Part shown: positions 13,000 through 25,258 of the stretch, piece after piece
Numbering within the stretch: the stretch's first letter is position 1
How the letters are laid out: the number at the start of each line of letters is the position of its first letter
NCBI GenBank assembly: GCA_024679065.1
Contig: JAGIQG010000028.1
Span: 23,002,001 to 23,066,000 of the forward strand
Reading direction: 5' to 3'
Source: Sphyrna mokarran
Lineage: Eukaryota
Length of the DNA stretch: 64,000 nucleotides
Program-made: the position numbers and the translations under genes
Notes under the pieces: model-generated
Database searches by the model: none
The model's input: only the letters and a program-made list of their open reading frames with translations
What the model was told of the DNA's origin: nothing

Positions 13000-13480
13000 T
13001 GAAACATACAAAATAGAAGCAGGAACAGGACATTCGACCCTTTCATTATGCTCGCAGCTGATCATAGTCAATATCCTGATTCCGTCTCCCCCGATATTCC
13101 TTGATCCCTTTAGCCCCAAGAGCTATATCTAATTTCTTGAAATCACACAACATTTTAGCCTCTGCCACTTTTTGTGGTAGTGAATTCCACAAATTCACCA
13201 CTCTTTGGATGAAGAGAGTTCTCATCTCAGCCCTTAAAGATTTGCTGCTTATCCTCAAACTATGACCAATAATTCTGGACACCCCCACTATTGGGAACGT
13301 TCTTTCTGAATCTACTGTGTCTAATCCTGTTAGAATTTTGTAAGTTTCTATGAGATCTCCTCTGACTGTTCTTAATTCCAATGAATACCATCCTAAATGA
13401 CTTACTCTCTCCTTTATAGGACAGATCTGCCATTCCAGGAATCAGTCTGGTAAATCTTCCCTGCACTCCTACAGCAATTA
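13000..13480 (-). mobile_element. CR1-clade LINE 3' end
   Basis: ORFs 13046-13381 and 13260-13520 give VQGRFTRLIPGM, RGDLIETYKILTGLD, QRVVNLWNSLP. Confidence 0.85.
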
Positions 13481-13589
13481 GATAAAAGACTGGATTATGA
13501 TAGAAGACAATAACAGACATTTAAAGAAATAATTCATTCTCAGTGAATGTTTATTTATTTGAGGAATAAAAATTGCATTGTAAAAATGT

Positions 13590-14570
13590 CACATCAGTGG
13601 TTAACTAGATATGTTAAAGATAGTGCAAGATTAAAAATAGAGGCTTATGATGGCAAAAAGTTTTAGTAAGTCTGAGATTGAGAGGATTTAAAAAAAAGGC
13701 AAAAGATGATTGAGAAGGCGATAAAAAGTAGAAAAAAGTATGAGAGCAAACTAGCAGGAAGTATCAAAACGCATTGTAAGAACTTTAACTTAAAAGTTTA
13801 TAAAAGTGACAAGTTTAGGAAAAGAAGCAGAGGTAAGAAAAATTATATAATGAGGATAGGCAAATGCCAGATTTTAAACAAGCATTTTAAATTTATCTTC
13901 ACAGTAGAACATACCAGAAACTGAGGAACCAAGGGTCCAATATGATTAAAGAACTTAGTCATTAATATAATAAAGAAAAGGTGCTGGAGAAATTAATGGG
14001 ACTAAAATCCAACAAATCCCCTGCAACCTCTGCTCTACTTCCTAAGGTTTTGAAAGAAGTGGCTTTAGATAGTGGATGCATTGGTTTTAATCTTCCACAA
14101 TTCCCTGGATTCAAAAACTACCCTCGTTGTTCAGAAGGTAACCAATGTAACCCTGCTATTCAGGAAAGGAGAGAGAAAGAGAGCAAACAGAGAACTTATA
14201 GGTCACTTATCAGGACAACAGTTGGAGGACAAATATTGGAATCTTTCTTTGAGGACCTAGTGGCAGGGCACTTTGAATATCAGGTCACGATTAGGCAAAG
14301 TCAATAAGACTTCTAAGAAAGTCATGCTTGGCAAATCTATTAGAACTTTTTCAGGGAATAGCTTGCTGAATAGGTAAATTGGAATCACTGGATGCATATT
14401 TTAATTTTCAGCAGGCATTTGATAAGGCACTCACAATAGGATGTTGCCAAGATTCAAACTCACTGAACAGCACGGATTAAAGAAAATGAGTGCTAGTGGA
14501 GCACCAAAAAAGATCAATGTTTCGACCTCTGCTATTTTCAAACCATATCAGTGAGTTAGATGAAGGGATC
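13590..14570 (+). mobile_element. CR1-clade LINE internal ORF2 fragment, decayed
   Basis: YESKLAGSIK, LNKHF..IFT.E, LMGLKSNKSP....PKVLKEVA, NVT.LFRKG, KSCL.NLLE.F, FQQAFDK. Confidence 0.75.
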
Positions 14571-17500
14571 AAGTCGAACTATTGAAACTAAACCATTGCA
14601 ACACATATTGTGGAATTATGCATTTTGCCTATAAATAGCTATTATCGAGCTGCATTAAATCTGTGTCATTATCTCTTGAAACTGGAATTCCTGAAGTCGT
14701 GATGTATATGAACCTTATGCTTATTTCGAGTTTTAAATAAATCAATGGGCAATTTTTAAAAAAGCCCAGTTTTGCTCCTGTTGTGGAATCCTCTGACTTG
14801 GCATCTTATCTTCCCTTGTCACTGTGTAAACAAGTTGCAATAAAACGTTCTATATTCTGTTCACGTACATTAGAATGCATACTTTGTGACCACAGTAACG
14901 TTAGATTAGGTCAAATGTCAGTCTCTGATTTTCTAAGAGAGTTTGTGTTCACTGCCGGGATGTAATTGACTTTCCCGGTGAGAGCTACATATTTTTCCTG
15001 TTAGCATACGGTAAAAGCAGAGGGATTATTCTTCAGGATCTAATGCTTATTCAAAAATAACGGCAAAGTTGAAATCCTTTATTCAGACAAAAATCCAAGC
15101 TTATAAGAATATAACATTTATATTGCTGTGGGAACGTGGCAGGAATGAATTATTAGAAAGAATATTTAGCACTAGAAATGGAACAATTCATGTTGGCATT
15201 TATGTTCCACTCAAACCTCCACTTATCCTTGCTTGTCTATCTCTATAACTCTATTTCCTTCTCCTTAAATGCATCTGAACTTTCAATTTTAATTGGTCCC
15301 TGTAGTGGCAAGTAATTTATTTAATAATTAATATTATTAATTATTATTAATCAAGTAATTTATTTAATAATTCTCTGCTTTGTTTTAAATGCAGTTATAT
15401 AATTCTAATCTAATCTTCCAATGTATGTCCACTCAGTGCATTTTTTTGGTAAATACTGAAGCAAAATAACCCTGTTGTCACTCTTTCCATTTTTCTTTAA
15501 TCTCATCTCCCACCCTCACATTTTGGAATTTGTGTGTTTGCAGAAAAACATGGGTTCCTGTTGGGGGGACAGATTATAAATGTAATTAACGGTAGGGAAA
15601 TTGATCTCTGTGAAGGCTAAACCTGCCTTATTGTGAAGGGTAACCTGTTGTCATACTTCTTAGTGAACACCAAAATGAAGTAGCTGAATTTAACAAAGGT
15701 GTGCAATATTGGTCCTATAAGGAGCAAAAATGAGACCTCCACATTATTCGAGACTTGTCAGTGCTTTATTTTAAAATTGAATTAATAAATATATCTACTT
15801 TCAGTCACCACTAATTTTAAAAATTGATGTCTCGATGGATACATTGACCTGGCTGTTTGCTTGCCACATTTAGATAGTTGTCTTGTAGGAAACTTGGAGC
15901 TTCAGTTTTTTTTGTAAATATATTTTTGGAAAGAATGAAAAATGAAATGTTGGCATTTGTCTGTAGCCAAATATGTTTTAGAGTAATTTATTCTTGTTCT
16001 CGTTATATGATTTTAAGAGAATATTCTCATTGCAAGTGCTAAGTGGTAAGTTGTTCTGAGTCACAAAAGAGGTTGAACGTTCAGTGTGATGCTACAGCAT
16101 TGATAAGTATATAACTAATTTGCCAAGAACATTTCTGCTTGTGTCAGCATTCTGCTTTTTGTTTATTGGAAATGAATGGGAAGTTCAGTGTTTTGTATGA
16201 GGTGTGTGTTTATCTGAATTCATTGTAGCTGTAGTTGGTTGCACTGCAGAAGTCATTTGTCATTCCATTTAGTGCTGATTCAAGAACTAAATCAATTCAC
16301 TGATTCAGCTACAGAGATACTCTAAAGTGTGAGGTTTTCAAAAGGGCAGCTTGATCCCAGACTGCAGATCTGATATGCCAGATTCCTGAATCAGCAGAGT
16401 TCAACATGCGGCCACCAACTGACTTCTCTTACTATGGCCATTTGCTTTGAACTTTTTGGTTGTCATTAGGGCACAGAGAATGCCTCACTTCCTGATGAGA
16501 ACTCCTAATTTGATTTTACATCTATTTCAATCTAAAAACAGATCATGCATATCTAATTAGGTTACTCATGAAATTGCTTTGGTTAAAATGAGAGGGAGCC
16601 TTTCTCCAGCCTATATTTATTGTTGGAGAACACTTTAGACGTGTTTTGAAATGAGTCTTTGTCTCTTTACCTTCATCGTATATACAGGTTTTGCAGCTTC
16701 ATGTATATGAAATGTGAAAGCAACCTTGTGTTCCATTCCCCTGTATGGTTCCTGTATGGTTTTGAAGCTTTCTTAAAGTAAAAACAGAAAGTATATCATG
16801 TTTGGGTTTTGTGCAGCCAGTTAAATTTAAATATAGTGCAGAAGTGCTTTATGATCATCATGGAGATATATTTATGCTTTTGATGGTGTTTGATGTATGG
16901 ATTATTTTTAATAAGGGGGTTGTGCTATATATTTCATAACTACTGAAATCAGAGTTTCTGCTTGGCAAGGGTGAGTTTTTATGTTGTTCAGTTGTGAACA
17001 CATACTGTGAAATATGGGCTTATATCAGTAGCTGCAGTTAATAAGTGTTGCAAATGGACATGCTGCATATTATAATGTTTTTCTTTCAATGGGAATGAAT
17101 ATTGTGAATTTTTGGAGGTTACATGATATTTTATTAGAATAATGTAGATCATTCATTTTCTTAGCAAATTAGCATAATATTGGTCTCTGGGGTTGAAAAA
17201 AATGGATTCTGAAAGCTTGTAAACAAATGAATACTATAATAAACATTCTTAAAGCAAGATGTGCATAGAATGATTTCTAGCTATTGGCATTCAAGCGTAT
17301 AATAGAATAGCTGATTGTTAGAAATGTCCCAAAATTTCTGACTACACTCTGTTCTCGGCAACAAGAACATTGACATTAATGGCTTTTATTGGGAATTAAT
17401 CTTCCAGCTGGTTTAAGGTATCAGCAACCTGATATAACTGGACCTTGCCGCTGCAGTGGGTATAATATGATAGCATTGCAGGAAGCCAGACTCTAGGATG

Positions 17501-18479
17501 TCACTCAGCGAGACCAGGGAAGGCACAGTGGAACTGAATGGAGCACATTATTTTTGATTTTGTTTTTGTCAAAGTTCATGCATGGATAGTAGATAGATCA
17601 TTAAGAATTCATAGTAGAGTGACTTGTTTTTTTTTATTTTAGATGTGTGAGAAACTTGTTCCTTTGGAATAAATTTAATCTAATTGATACTGGTCGAGTA
17701 GCACTATTGAGGACAACATGATTCTAGAAAATTCTGATCGATAATTCAGTCAAAATTTCACCAAAGGAAAAGTTGTCTGTATTTACATTAAATATAGGTT
17801 TAAACAGCCATATTACTTGAGTCAAAAGTTTCCAAAATTAGTGCTAACAATAGTTAATAAACGATATAAGGTTGTCTATATCTGAAACACAGTGCTGGAA
17901 ATGCATAGATCTGCCGGTGTTTATAAAGAGAGCATACTTAATATTTTGTATATTAAATATTAAGCATCAGAATTGAAACTGAATTGACCTGTCTTCTTGT
18001 TACAAATGCTGACTGACTACTGTATTTCCAGTATTTTTATTTTTGTTTCAGATTTCCAGAATTTAGAAATTTTATTTGTTCTGTCAATATCTGATGTTTT
18101 GTATTGCATTTATAATATGGCAATAGAATACATGACCATACCAGGAAGGATTTCTGTGAATGGAACTGAAGTGGAAGTAAAACAAAAAACCATAATTTTG
18201 CTTCCACTCAAGAATATGATTTCTGTTTGGTAAGTTCAACTGTTAAGACTGTGTGTTATTCTGTTATAAATATTGCCAGGCTCATATTTACAAGGAACGT
18301 ACTTCATGATTTCCTTGCTTATGTTCCACAAGCAGCAATGTGGTTGACTTTTAGTTTCTGTTTCTTGCTTGCTGATGCATTGAAAATCTCCTAATCTCTC
18401 CAAAGCTATTTTTGAGCAGCATGTCTTTGTCTCCAATAACCTTCATAGGTTTCCAGTAGTTGACTCGTTAAACATCATA

Positions 18480-18613
18480 GCCTGAATTCTCCAATGTTCA
18501 ACACCTTGCTACCACTGCTAGTAAGAACGGAGAATTTGGTGTTCAGCCAAATCTCCATTCATTGTCGCGGGACCAGTACATTGCAGCTGCAAGCGACATT
18601 GGAGAATTCTGGC
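18480..18613. mobile_element. Palindromic MITE-like element
   Basis: Perfect 14-bp inverted repeat GAATTCTCCAATGT (18484-18497) / ACATTGGAGAATTC (18596-18609), plus an internal hairpin ggagaatttgg...ccaaatctcc. Confidence 0.7.
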
Positions 18614-19017
18614 CTGTATGTGCAGTCTCCAGTCCATAATTGATATTTGAAAAAATACACATCATTTATCATGCTAGATAATTTTTTTATCCTTTCACAG
18701 GATCTAGGCTTTGCTATTTATGCCTTCATTTTCATTGCCCATCTCCATTGTCCTTAAGAAATGGTGGTCAGCCACCCTTCTTGAACTGATGCAGGCCATG
18801 CGGCATATGTACATCCACGGCATTTTAGGGAGGAAATTCTAGGATTAAGTATTACTCCATGTGGCTGTGGTAATTACTTGAGAATAGCACTGAATCAACT
18901 TTTGCTTAATATAACTTAATCCCAAAGTTTTCTCCCAAAAATTCTTTTGGAATGAGAATTAATATATGTAAAGTGAGGGCTAAAATGAATGTTAAAATGT
19001 TTGAGGCTCAAAGATGT

Positions 19018-19612
19018 TAGGTGGAATTTTCCCCCAAAATTCTAAAGTGACATTACAGCGATAAAACGGGAGTCCTCTATGTCAATCTTCGTGGCACGCT
19101 CCAGATCATGGTCTTCTGGCATTCAATTGTTTGGCAGCTGGGAAGTTTGCGCTGGTATTGGGCGAGGGGAGGCATAAATACACTGGTGAAACTGGCTTCA
19201 GAGTACTGAGGCACCATTGCACTAGGGTGCTCTGATTAGCCCATGAACTGGGAGACCTCCCCCGGTGTAACCCTCCAGTTTGCCTTCGTGGAGGCCCCAG
19301 AACCTTAGTGCTGCATCTAGTGCCCAAGTGGCACTATTAGTTTTCCAAGTGGACGCTGCCAGTGTGTCCTTTGGGCACTGCCCATCCATGTCTTACCATC
19401 CAGGGACTTCAGTGTCTTCTAGTCCCCTTGGTGTGGCTGTGATGCCTGAGACCAGTAGTGATTTGCACTGCATAATATGCTGGAGAGTGAGGAAGCAGCT
19501 GTGCCAAACTCCACGATGAGGTGGAAATCCAGGCAATCTGATGCTGCTGAGCTTTGCACTTTTTCTGGCCACAAAATTGTTCTCGCCAATGATGCAAATA
19601 GGAATTTTGGCC
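19018..19612. mobile_element. GC-rich non-autonomous DNA-transposon-like element
   Basis: Abrupt GC/CpG rise; termini ggtggaattttcc / ggaattttggcc resemble the other MITE ends here; no real ORF. Confidence 0.4.
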
Positions 19613-19631
19613 TCTTGCACCATTTTCCAGC

Positions 19632-19968
19632 TCAAAGAACAAAGAACAACACAGCATGGGAAACAGGCCCTTTGGCCCAACGAGCCCATGCTGCCATTTT
19701 AATAGCGTGAGTTCCCACTTCCACCCTTGACCCTTATCTATGTTTACGGAAATCCACATTGGAAACCAGATTAGGGGAGACAATTTAGGGACAATTTGTT
19801 TCACCAATCAGCCTAAGAGCACATCTTTGGGGTGCGGGAGGAAAATGGAGCACCCGGAAAAAACTCATGCAAGCACGGGAAGAATGCGCAAACTCCCACA
19901 GATACTGGCCCAAATCCATATATCAGCACAGCAAACAGTGATAGTCACTGAGCTGTTGTGTTGCCCAT
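19632..19968 (-). mobile_element. V-SINE with a distinct (GTTCTTT)n-ending tail
   Basis: V-domain ggagcacccggaaaaaactcatgca...gcaaactcc in reverse; the tail begins caaagaacaaagaacaac. Confidence 0.6.
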
Positions 19969-20144
19969 TAACGACGTAAAACACTAGGCAGCTCTTGAAA
20001 AATCCAAGAGCAGCCCTCGCAAACCCATTGCATGTATGCCCCTTGTTGGACAACAAGGTGGACTGATGCACTTATGGAATAAAAGAGAAAAACGTCAATA
20101 ACGTGCACATCTTATGCAATTCCCAGGAACGTCCCAAGGCTCTT

Positions 20145-20950
20145 GATCCCTATTTAAAATAGTCTTCTACATCCCTCCATCTCTATTCCGCTCATGTGCC
20201 TATCTAAGTATCCCTTAAATAATTCCAGCATGCCTGCCTCCACCACCTTACTTGGCAGTGCGTTCCATATCCCCACAATCCTCTGTGTGAAAAACCTCTC
20301 CTAACATCCAAACTATACCTTGCCCCCTTCATCCTAAGCCCATGGCCCCTTGTAATATTTGATTCCACCCTAGGAAAAAGCTTACCACTGTTTACTCTAT
20401 ACCCTTCATAATCTTATACACCTCTATTAGATCTGCTCTCAGTCTCTGTCTTTCTAAAGAAAACAGCCCCAATTTGCCTAACCTTTCCTTGTAATCCTTG
20501 TAACTTTCTTTCCATACCAGGCAGCATCCTGGTAAATCTCCTCTGCACTATCTCCACAGTCTCCACATCCTTCTAGTGGTAAGGCGACCAGAACTGGACG
20601 CAGTATTCTAAATGAGGTCTAACCAACATTCTGTACAACTGCAACATTAAACAGCAACTCTTGTTCTCTATACCCCTTTTTATAAAGACTAGCATACCAT
20701 AAGCTTTCTTCACAACCTTCTCCACCTATGCTGCCAACTTCAAAGACTTGTGCACTTGCACCCCCAGGCCCCTTTGCGTTTCTGTACTCTTAATAGGTCT
20801 CCCTTTATCATATAACTCCCCCCTACATTATTTCTCCCAAAATGCATCACTTTGCATTTATCAGGATTAAATTCCATCTGCCATTAATCTGCCCAATCTA
20901 CCAGCCTATCTATGTCCTGCTGTATTGCCTGACATTACTCCTCACTGTCC
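20145..20950 (-). mobile_element. CR1-clade LINE ORF2 3' fragment
   Basis: Reverse-strand WQMEFNPDKCKVMHFG, LVRPHLEYCVQFWSP, FTRMLPGM. Confidence 0.8.
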
Positions 20951-22667
20951 AATCAACAGGCACAGTAAGTCGGTAAAATTATGCCCAATATGCCTACAGT
21001 AGTTTTCATTTAGTGATTCTGATATTTTTTGTTTGAAGAGTAGTATTTTTGACGTTGGGGAGCACCCTGGAAGGAGAAACAACATTAACACAGTGTCATT
21101 GATGCAATCCTTCAATGACCTTATTTTAGTTGAGCATATTCAGCTGCCTGTTGGATTTTATTTTTTCTCTAGCCTAATTAATTAGTTCTTCTCTATTCCT
21201 AATTAATGTTACAGTTTTAAAATAATGCCAAATGTAGGATATGAAAAAGAAGAAAATTAAGCAAAAAGCTCTTTGGCACTTACGGGCTTGTCCTTTTCAT
21301 AATCAAGGTAAGTTCTACTCCATTGGAAGTATTCTGAGTGAAAGATTTGTATCCCCTGAATCTGAAAAATAATTAATTAAATCCCCATAATATACATTCA
21401 GTCACACATCTTTGCTATTCAACTCTGCTCTGCTGTCCTTAACATGTATGATTCAACCCCTATCTTCCTACAAATTGTCATTTTAACAGTTGTGATTATA
21501 AAATATTATCTCAGCCTACTTGTCACTATCTCCAACCTTTGTAACAACCAGATATTTGTCCATCTTTTTGAAGTAACTGACTACTTACAAAAGCTGTTGA
21601 TATTGTGTTAGTCAGTTTCAGCTGTCAGATACTTCAATATGTTTGTAGTTTACTTATTTTTATCCTGTGCCCTCAAGTTGTACATGGACAGTGTAGGTCA
21701 AAAATTGCATATTTACATTCCTGTGCTTCTCAGCATTTCGTGGATTTCCCACACTTGGAAAGTTAAATTTACTGGCTTATAGCTTCTAAACTATTTTTGA
21801 CTACATGGTTAGCATTTCTTATCATCCATTCCAAGTGCAGTTAAAAGAAAAGAATGTTAGCTGGTCACCGAGGTATTAAGAATTATTAATCTGAATAAAT
21901 TATGAAGTCCCAATGTTGGAATCATCATGTTGCAGTTGATTCATATAATCAATGTATTGTGCTTAAGTGCAAAGATGATTTGCACAAAGGGAATTCATAA
22001 GGATGCCGCAATATATTTTTGCGCTCCTTACACACAAAAGTTGCATGCTTTTGAAGACATACTATGAGCTTATTAAATGTGAAAAGTCATTCCAGTGGTT
22101 GAATAATATTGATGTAGAACCCAACAAGCTTTGTTTTTTAGGTAAATATATTGATCTCTTGTAATCAAGTATTATAGTTTGAAACATTATTGCAACCCCT
22201 ATTTTAGAGGTGAACCTTTGAGAATGGAACTAATGTTTCAAGATAGCAATATACATGTGTAATATGCATATATGTATGTGATAATGTTACATAGTGTATT
22301 TTACCCCATCTGTTGTCTCCTTGCATTCGGCATAATTTGTATTTGAGCTGGTAGGCAACCTACTTGTAGAACATTATTGATGTTACTCAAAATGTGACTG
22401 TAAGAGGCTTTATATTAGTTTTTAGTTGCCTCCAGAAAGTGTTAGGCCTCTTCATAGCACCATGTTTGGGATTGTAAGAAAACTAAGAGTTTAACATTCT
22501 TTATTTCACACCCATGGTAGAAATATTCTCACACATACTGTTTTCATACATGGCTTCATTGTCCTCATTGTACTAAAAGGGAGTTCCGTGATTTGTATTC
22601 ATGATTCTATATCAATGGATACAGTTAGTCAATTCAATCTTCTAACCAGTGGTCTTTTTTTTTGCAG

Positions 22668-22828
22668 TAGTGATTCTAGCAGCAGTTCCAGTGATGAATC
22701 TCCAGCAAGATCTGTGCAGTCTGCTGCAGTCCCTGCACCACCAGTCCAACTCCCAACACCTGTAGAAAAGGATGAACCACGTAAGAGTTATGGAATCAAA
22801 GTCCAAAATTTGCCAGTCCGCTCTACTG
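22668..22828 (+). CDS. SPEN: SPEN coding exon (probably exon 4 equivalent): Ser-rich linker and start of RRM2
   Basis: Acceptor tttttgcag, donor G|gtgagt, 161 nt. Encodes SDSSSSSSDESPARSVQSAAVP...KDEPRKSYGIKVQNLPVRST, matching vertebrate SPEN as recalled. Confidence 0.93.
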
Positions 22829-23402
22829 GTGAGTAAATGCACCATTTAAGAGATTTGATCCATTGGGAATTGGTTTCTTCCAGATATGTCCAAATAGATG
22901 TGGCACTCAATTTCTGGAACACATCTGACAAATTTGAAAAAGGAATAAGAGATTGCTTGGCATGCAACATCAGAGAGTTCTGTTTTCAATAACAGAAGTT
23001 CGATTTTAGGGAAGGCTGGAAAGTTAAATTTAGAAATCATTTATGCAATGTTTACCATATATAAAGTTCATTGCATGACATTAACATTTAATTTCAGGAC
23101 AGATATTGATTTCAGGTTTTAAAGCTGCCGTTTTAATCCCATTTAAATTACCAGATGGCAGCTTCTCTGCTATTTATATTCAGTGTGACTTCTTCAATCC
23201 TTTACGTGAAAGTTGAAAAATTGACTGATTTGGATATCATTTCTTGAGGAAAAAAATAATCTAAATTTGATAGAAATGGTAAGGGGAAGAAGAAAAAGAG
23301 ATTTTGCAATTTATATGTGGAAACCAGTGTGAAATAAAAGCATATTCAACTTGTCTAATGTGCCTGGTGCCAAACACAAATGGAAAAAAAAACAAGGATT
23401 AG

Positions 23403-23600
23403 TGCAGCACAGTGGTTAACACTGCTGTCTCACAGTGCCAGGGACCCACAATTCCAGTCTCTTGTGACTGTGTGGAGTTTGTATGTTCTCCATGTGTTTG
23501 TACTGGTTTCCTCCAAGTGATTCAGTTTACTCCCACAGTCCGAAGAGGATCAAGTTAGGTGGATTGGCCCCTTAGTGTCCCATGATGTGTAGTGATTGGT
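23403..23600 (+). mobile_element. HE1-like V-SINE, 3' truncated
   Basis: gcagcacagtggttaacactgctgtctcacagtgccagggacc head and tgtgtggagtttgtatgttctcc core. Confidence 0.75.
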
Positions 23601-23769
23601 TAAAAAATATTTCCCAATCCATACATCAATTTTTTCTCTTGATTGTTACAAACATACCATGGAAAATTAGAAGCGACACCAGAACAGTATGTTGGGATGT
23701 GGCATTATAAATACATTAGGCAGGAACACACTGCCTATAATGGTCTAGCAGTCAATGAATAGATGAATT

Positions 23770-24115
23770 ACAGAGGTCACAGTCACAATTTTAATTCCTC
23801 TCTGTGTATGGTTAGCTGATCTTATCCTACTGGCCAGAGGTGATCTACAGTCCATCCCAGAATCATTGTTAGGCAGGGGGAAAAGGACAATATTTCCTGG
23901 TTCTGATTCTTGTCTAATACCTTTATTGGAAATACGTGTATGAATATTGGGTGAGGGTGGAAACAGGTGATGATCCATTATTGATGGGCTTGCCAGCACT
24001 TGCTTTCTGAGATGCGCTTAGGAAATGGCTATTTGCACAAGTGCTAGAGATCACCCATACCCTTGTACCCCAGTGAGGAATAAATACCTTGAGGCATGGA
24101 GAGGAAAAATTTAGC
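23770..24115 (+). mobile_element. LF-SINE-like ancient SINE, decayed
   Basis: ctgtgtatggttagctgatct...gaaatggctatttg...tgtaccccag...ggagagg, similar to 55440-55890. Family name from memory. Confidence 0.45.
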
Positions 24116-25057
24116 AGGAAATGTTTCAGATATAGTACACTTAAAACAATTGTAATTAGTTTACTTTTTGTTTTCTGTTTACGTGCATTTCAATAGCACT
24201 ATCAATTTTACAAAACTGAAAAGTGTGAAGCTTGCAAATTTAAACTCAAAAATTGCTCAAACTTTATATAATGATTAGACTTGATTTTTCTGTAAATGCT
24301 GAAAGCTCAGAATTTTATCCCTAATGCAGTTACTGTTTAGCTGAACAATTTTAATTTCACAGCCTAGAATATATTTCTTTCTTACTGGAACAATTAATTT
24401 AAGAAAAATATTAGGCAGTGAGAAACTTAAGACATGCATCCATCAGCGATATAAATATTTTCTGAATGAATTTAAATTGTAACTATTTGGGTCAATAGCT
24501 ATGTATAGAAGTTAGGATGAGAGCTCATAAAGTTGATCTTTACTACTTTTCAACAGGAGCTCAAATGGGGGCTGTCTGTTTAATCCAGGAACAACACCTT
24601 TTACAATCTCAGTTAACCATAATTCTTTTTGGATCTCTGGATCTTCACTACACTTAAACACTTTGTATTTGTATTAACTCTTCCAACTTTTAATAACACT
24701 TATTGAAGAGAAGAGAAGAGATTTGGCTTGGAATTAGGGAAAGTTCAGCAGTTATACTTATTGGTTACCTGTAGCAAATTAAACTCTCTCTTGGACATGC
24801 TGTCCCGCTTCCCTTCCAATTAGTTTCTCATAGATGGTCATTGGACATTGCTGCAGGCAGCAGACAATGCTCACCCTTCTCTCAGATTTTGGTAGCTCTC
24901 AGCTGACAATCCCTCAAAGCAAAGAGGCGTCTTCTTTCCTATTTCAGAAGAGTGTGCTTGAAATTGGAAATCATTTGTTGATTGTTCACGAAATTGGAAA
25001 CAAATATCTTGCATCACATGAATACTTTTCACTGAAACCTTTCAATTTTTCTTTTAG

Positions 25058-25258
25058 ACACAAGCCTTAAAGATGGTCTTTTCCATGAATTTAAGAAATA
25101 TGGGAAAGTAACATCTGTGCAAATCCATGGCGCATCTGAAGAACGCTATGGTCTTGTATTCTTTCGACAACAGGAAGACCAAGAGAAGGCTATGAATGCA
25201 TCAAAGGGGAAGTTATTTTTTGGTATGCAGATTGAAGTTACTGCGTGGACAGGCCCAG
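25058..25258 (+). CDS. SPEN: SPEN coding exon: RRM2
   Basis: Acceptor ttttcttttag, donor G|gtatgt, 201 nt, phase 1/1. Encodes (D)TSLKDGLFHEFKKYGKVTSVQIHGASEERYGLVFFRQQEDQEKA...TAWTGP. Confidence 0.96.

Noticed and set aside
1-22667. Upstream SPEN exons (RRM1 and Arg/Ser-rich region)
   Set aside because: No matching peptide found, so they are presumed to lie before the window.
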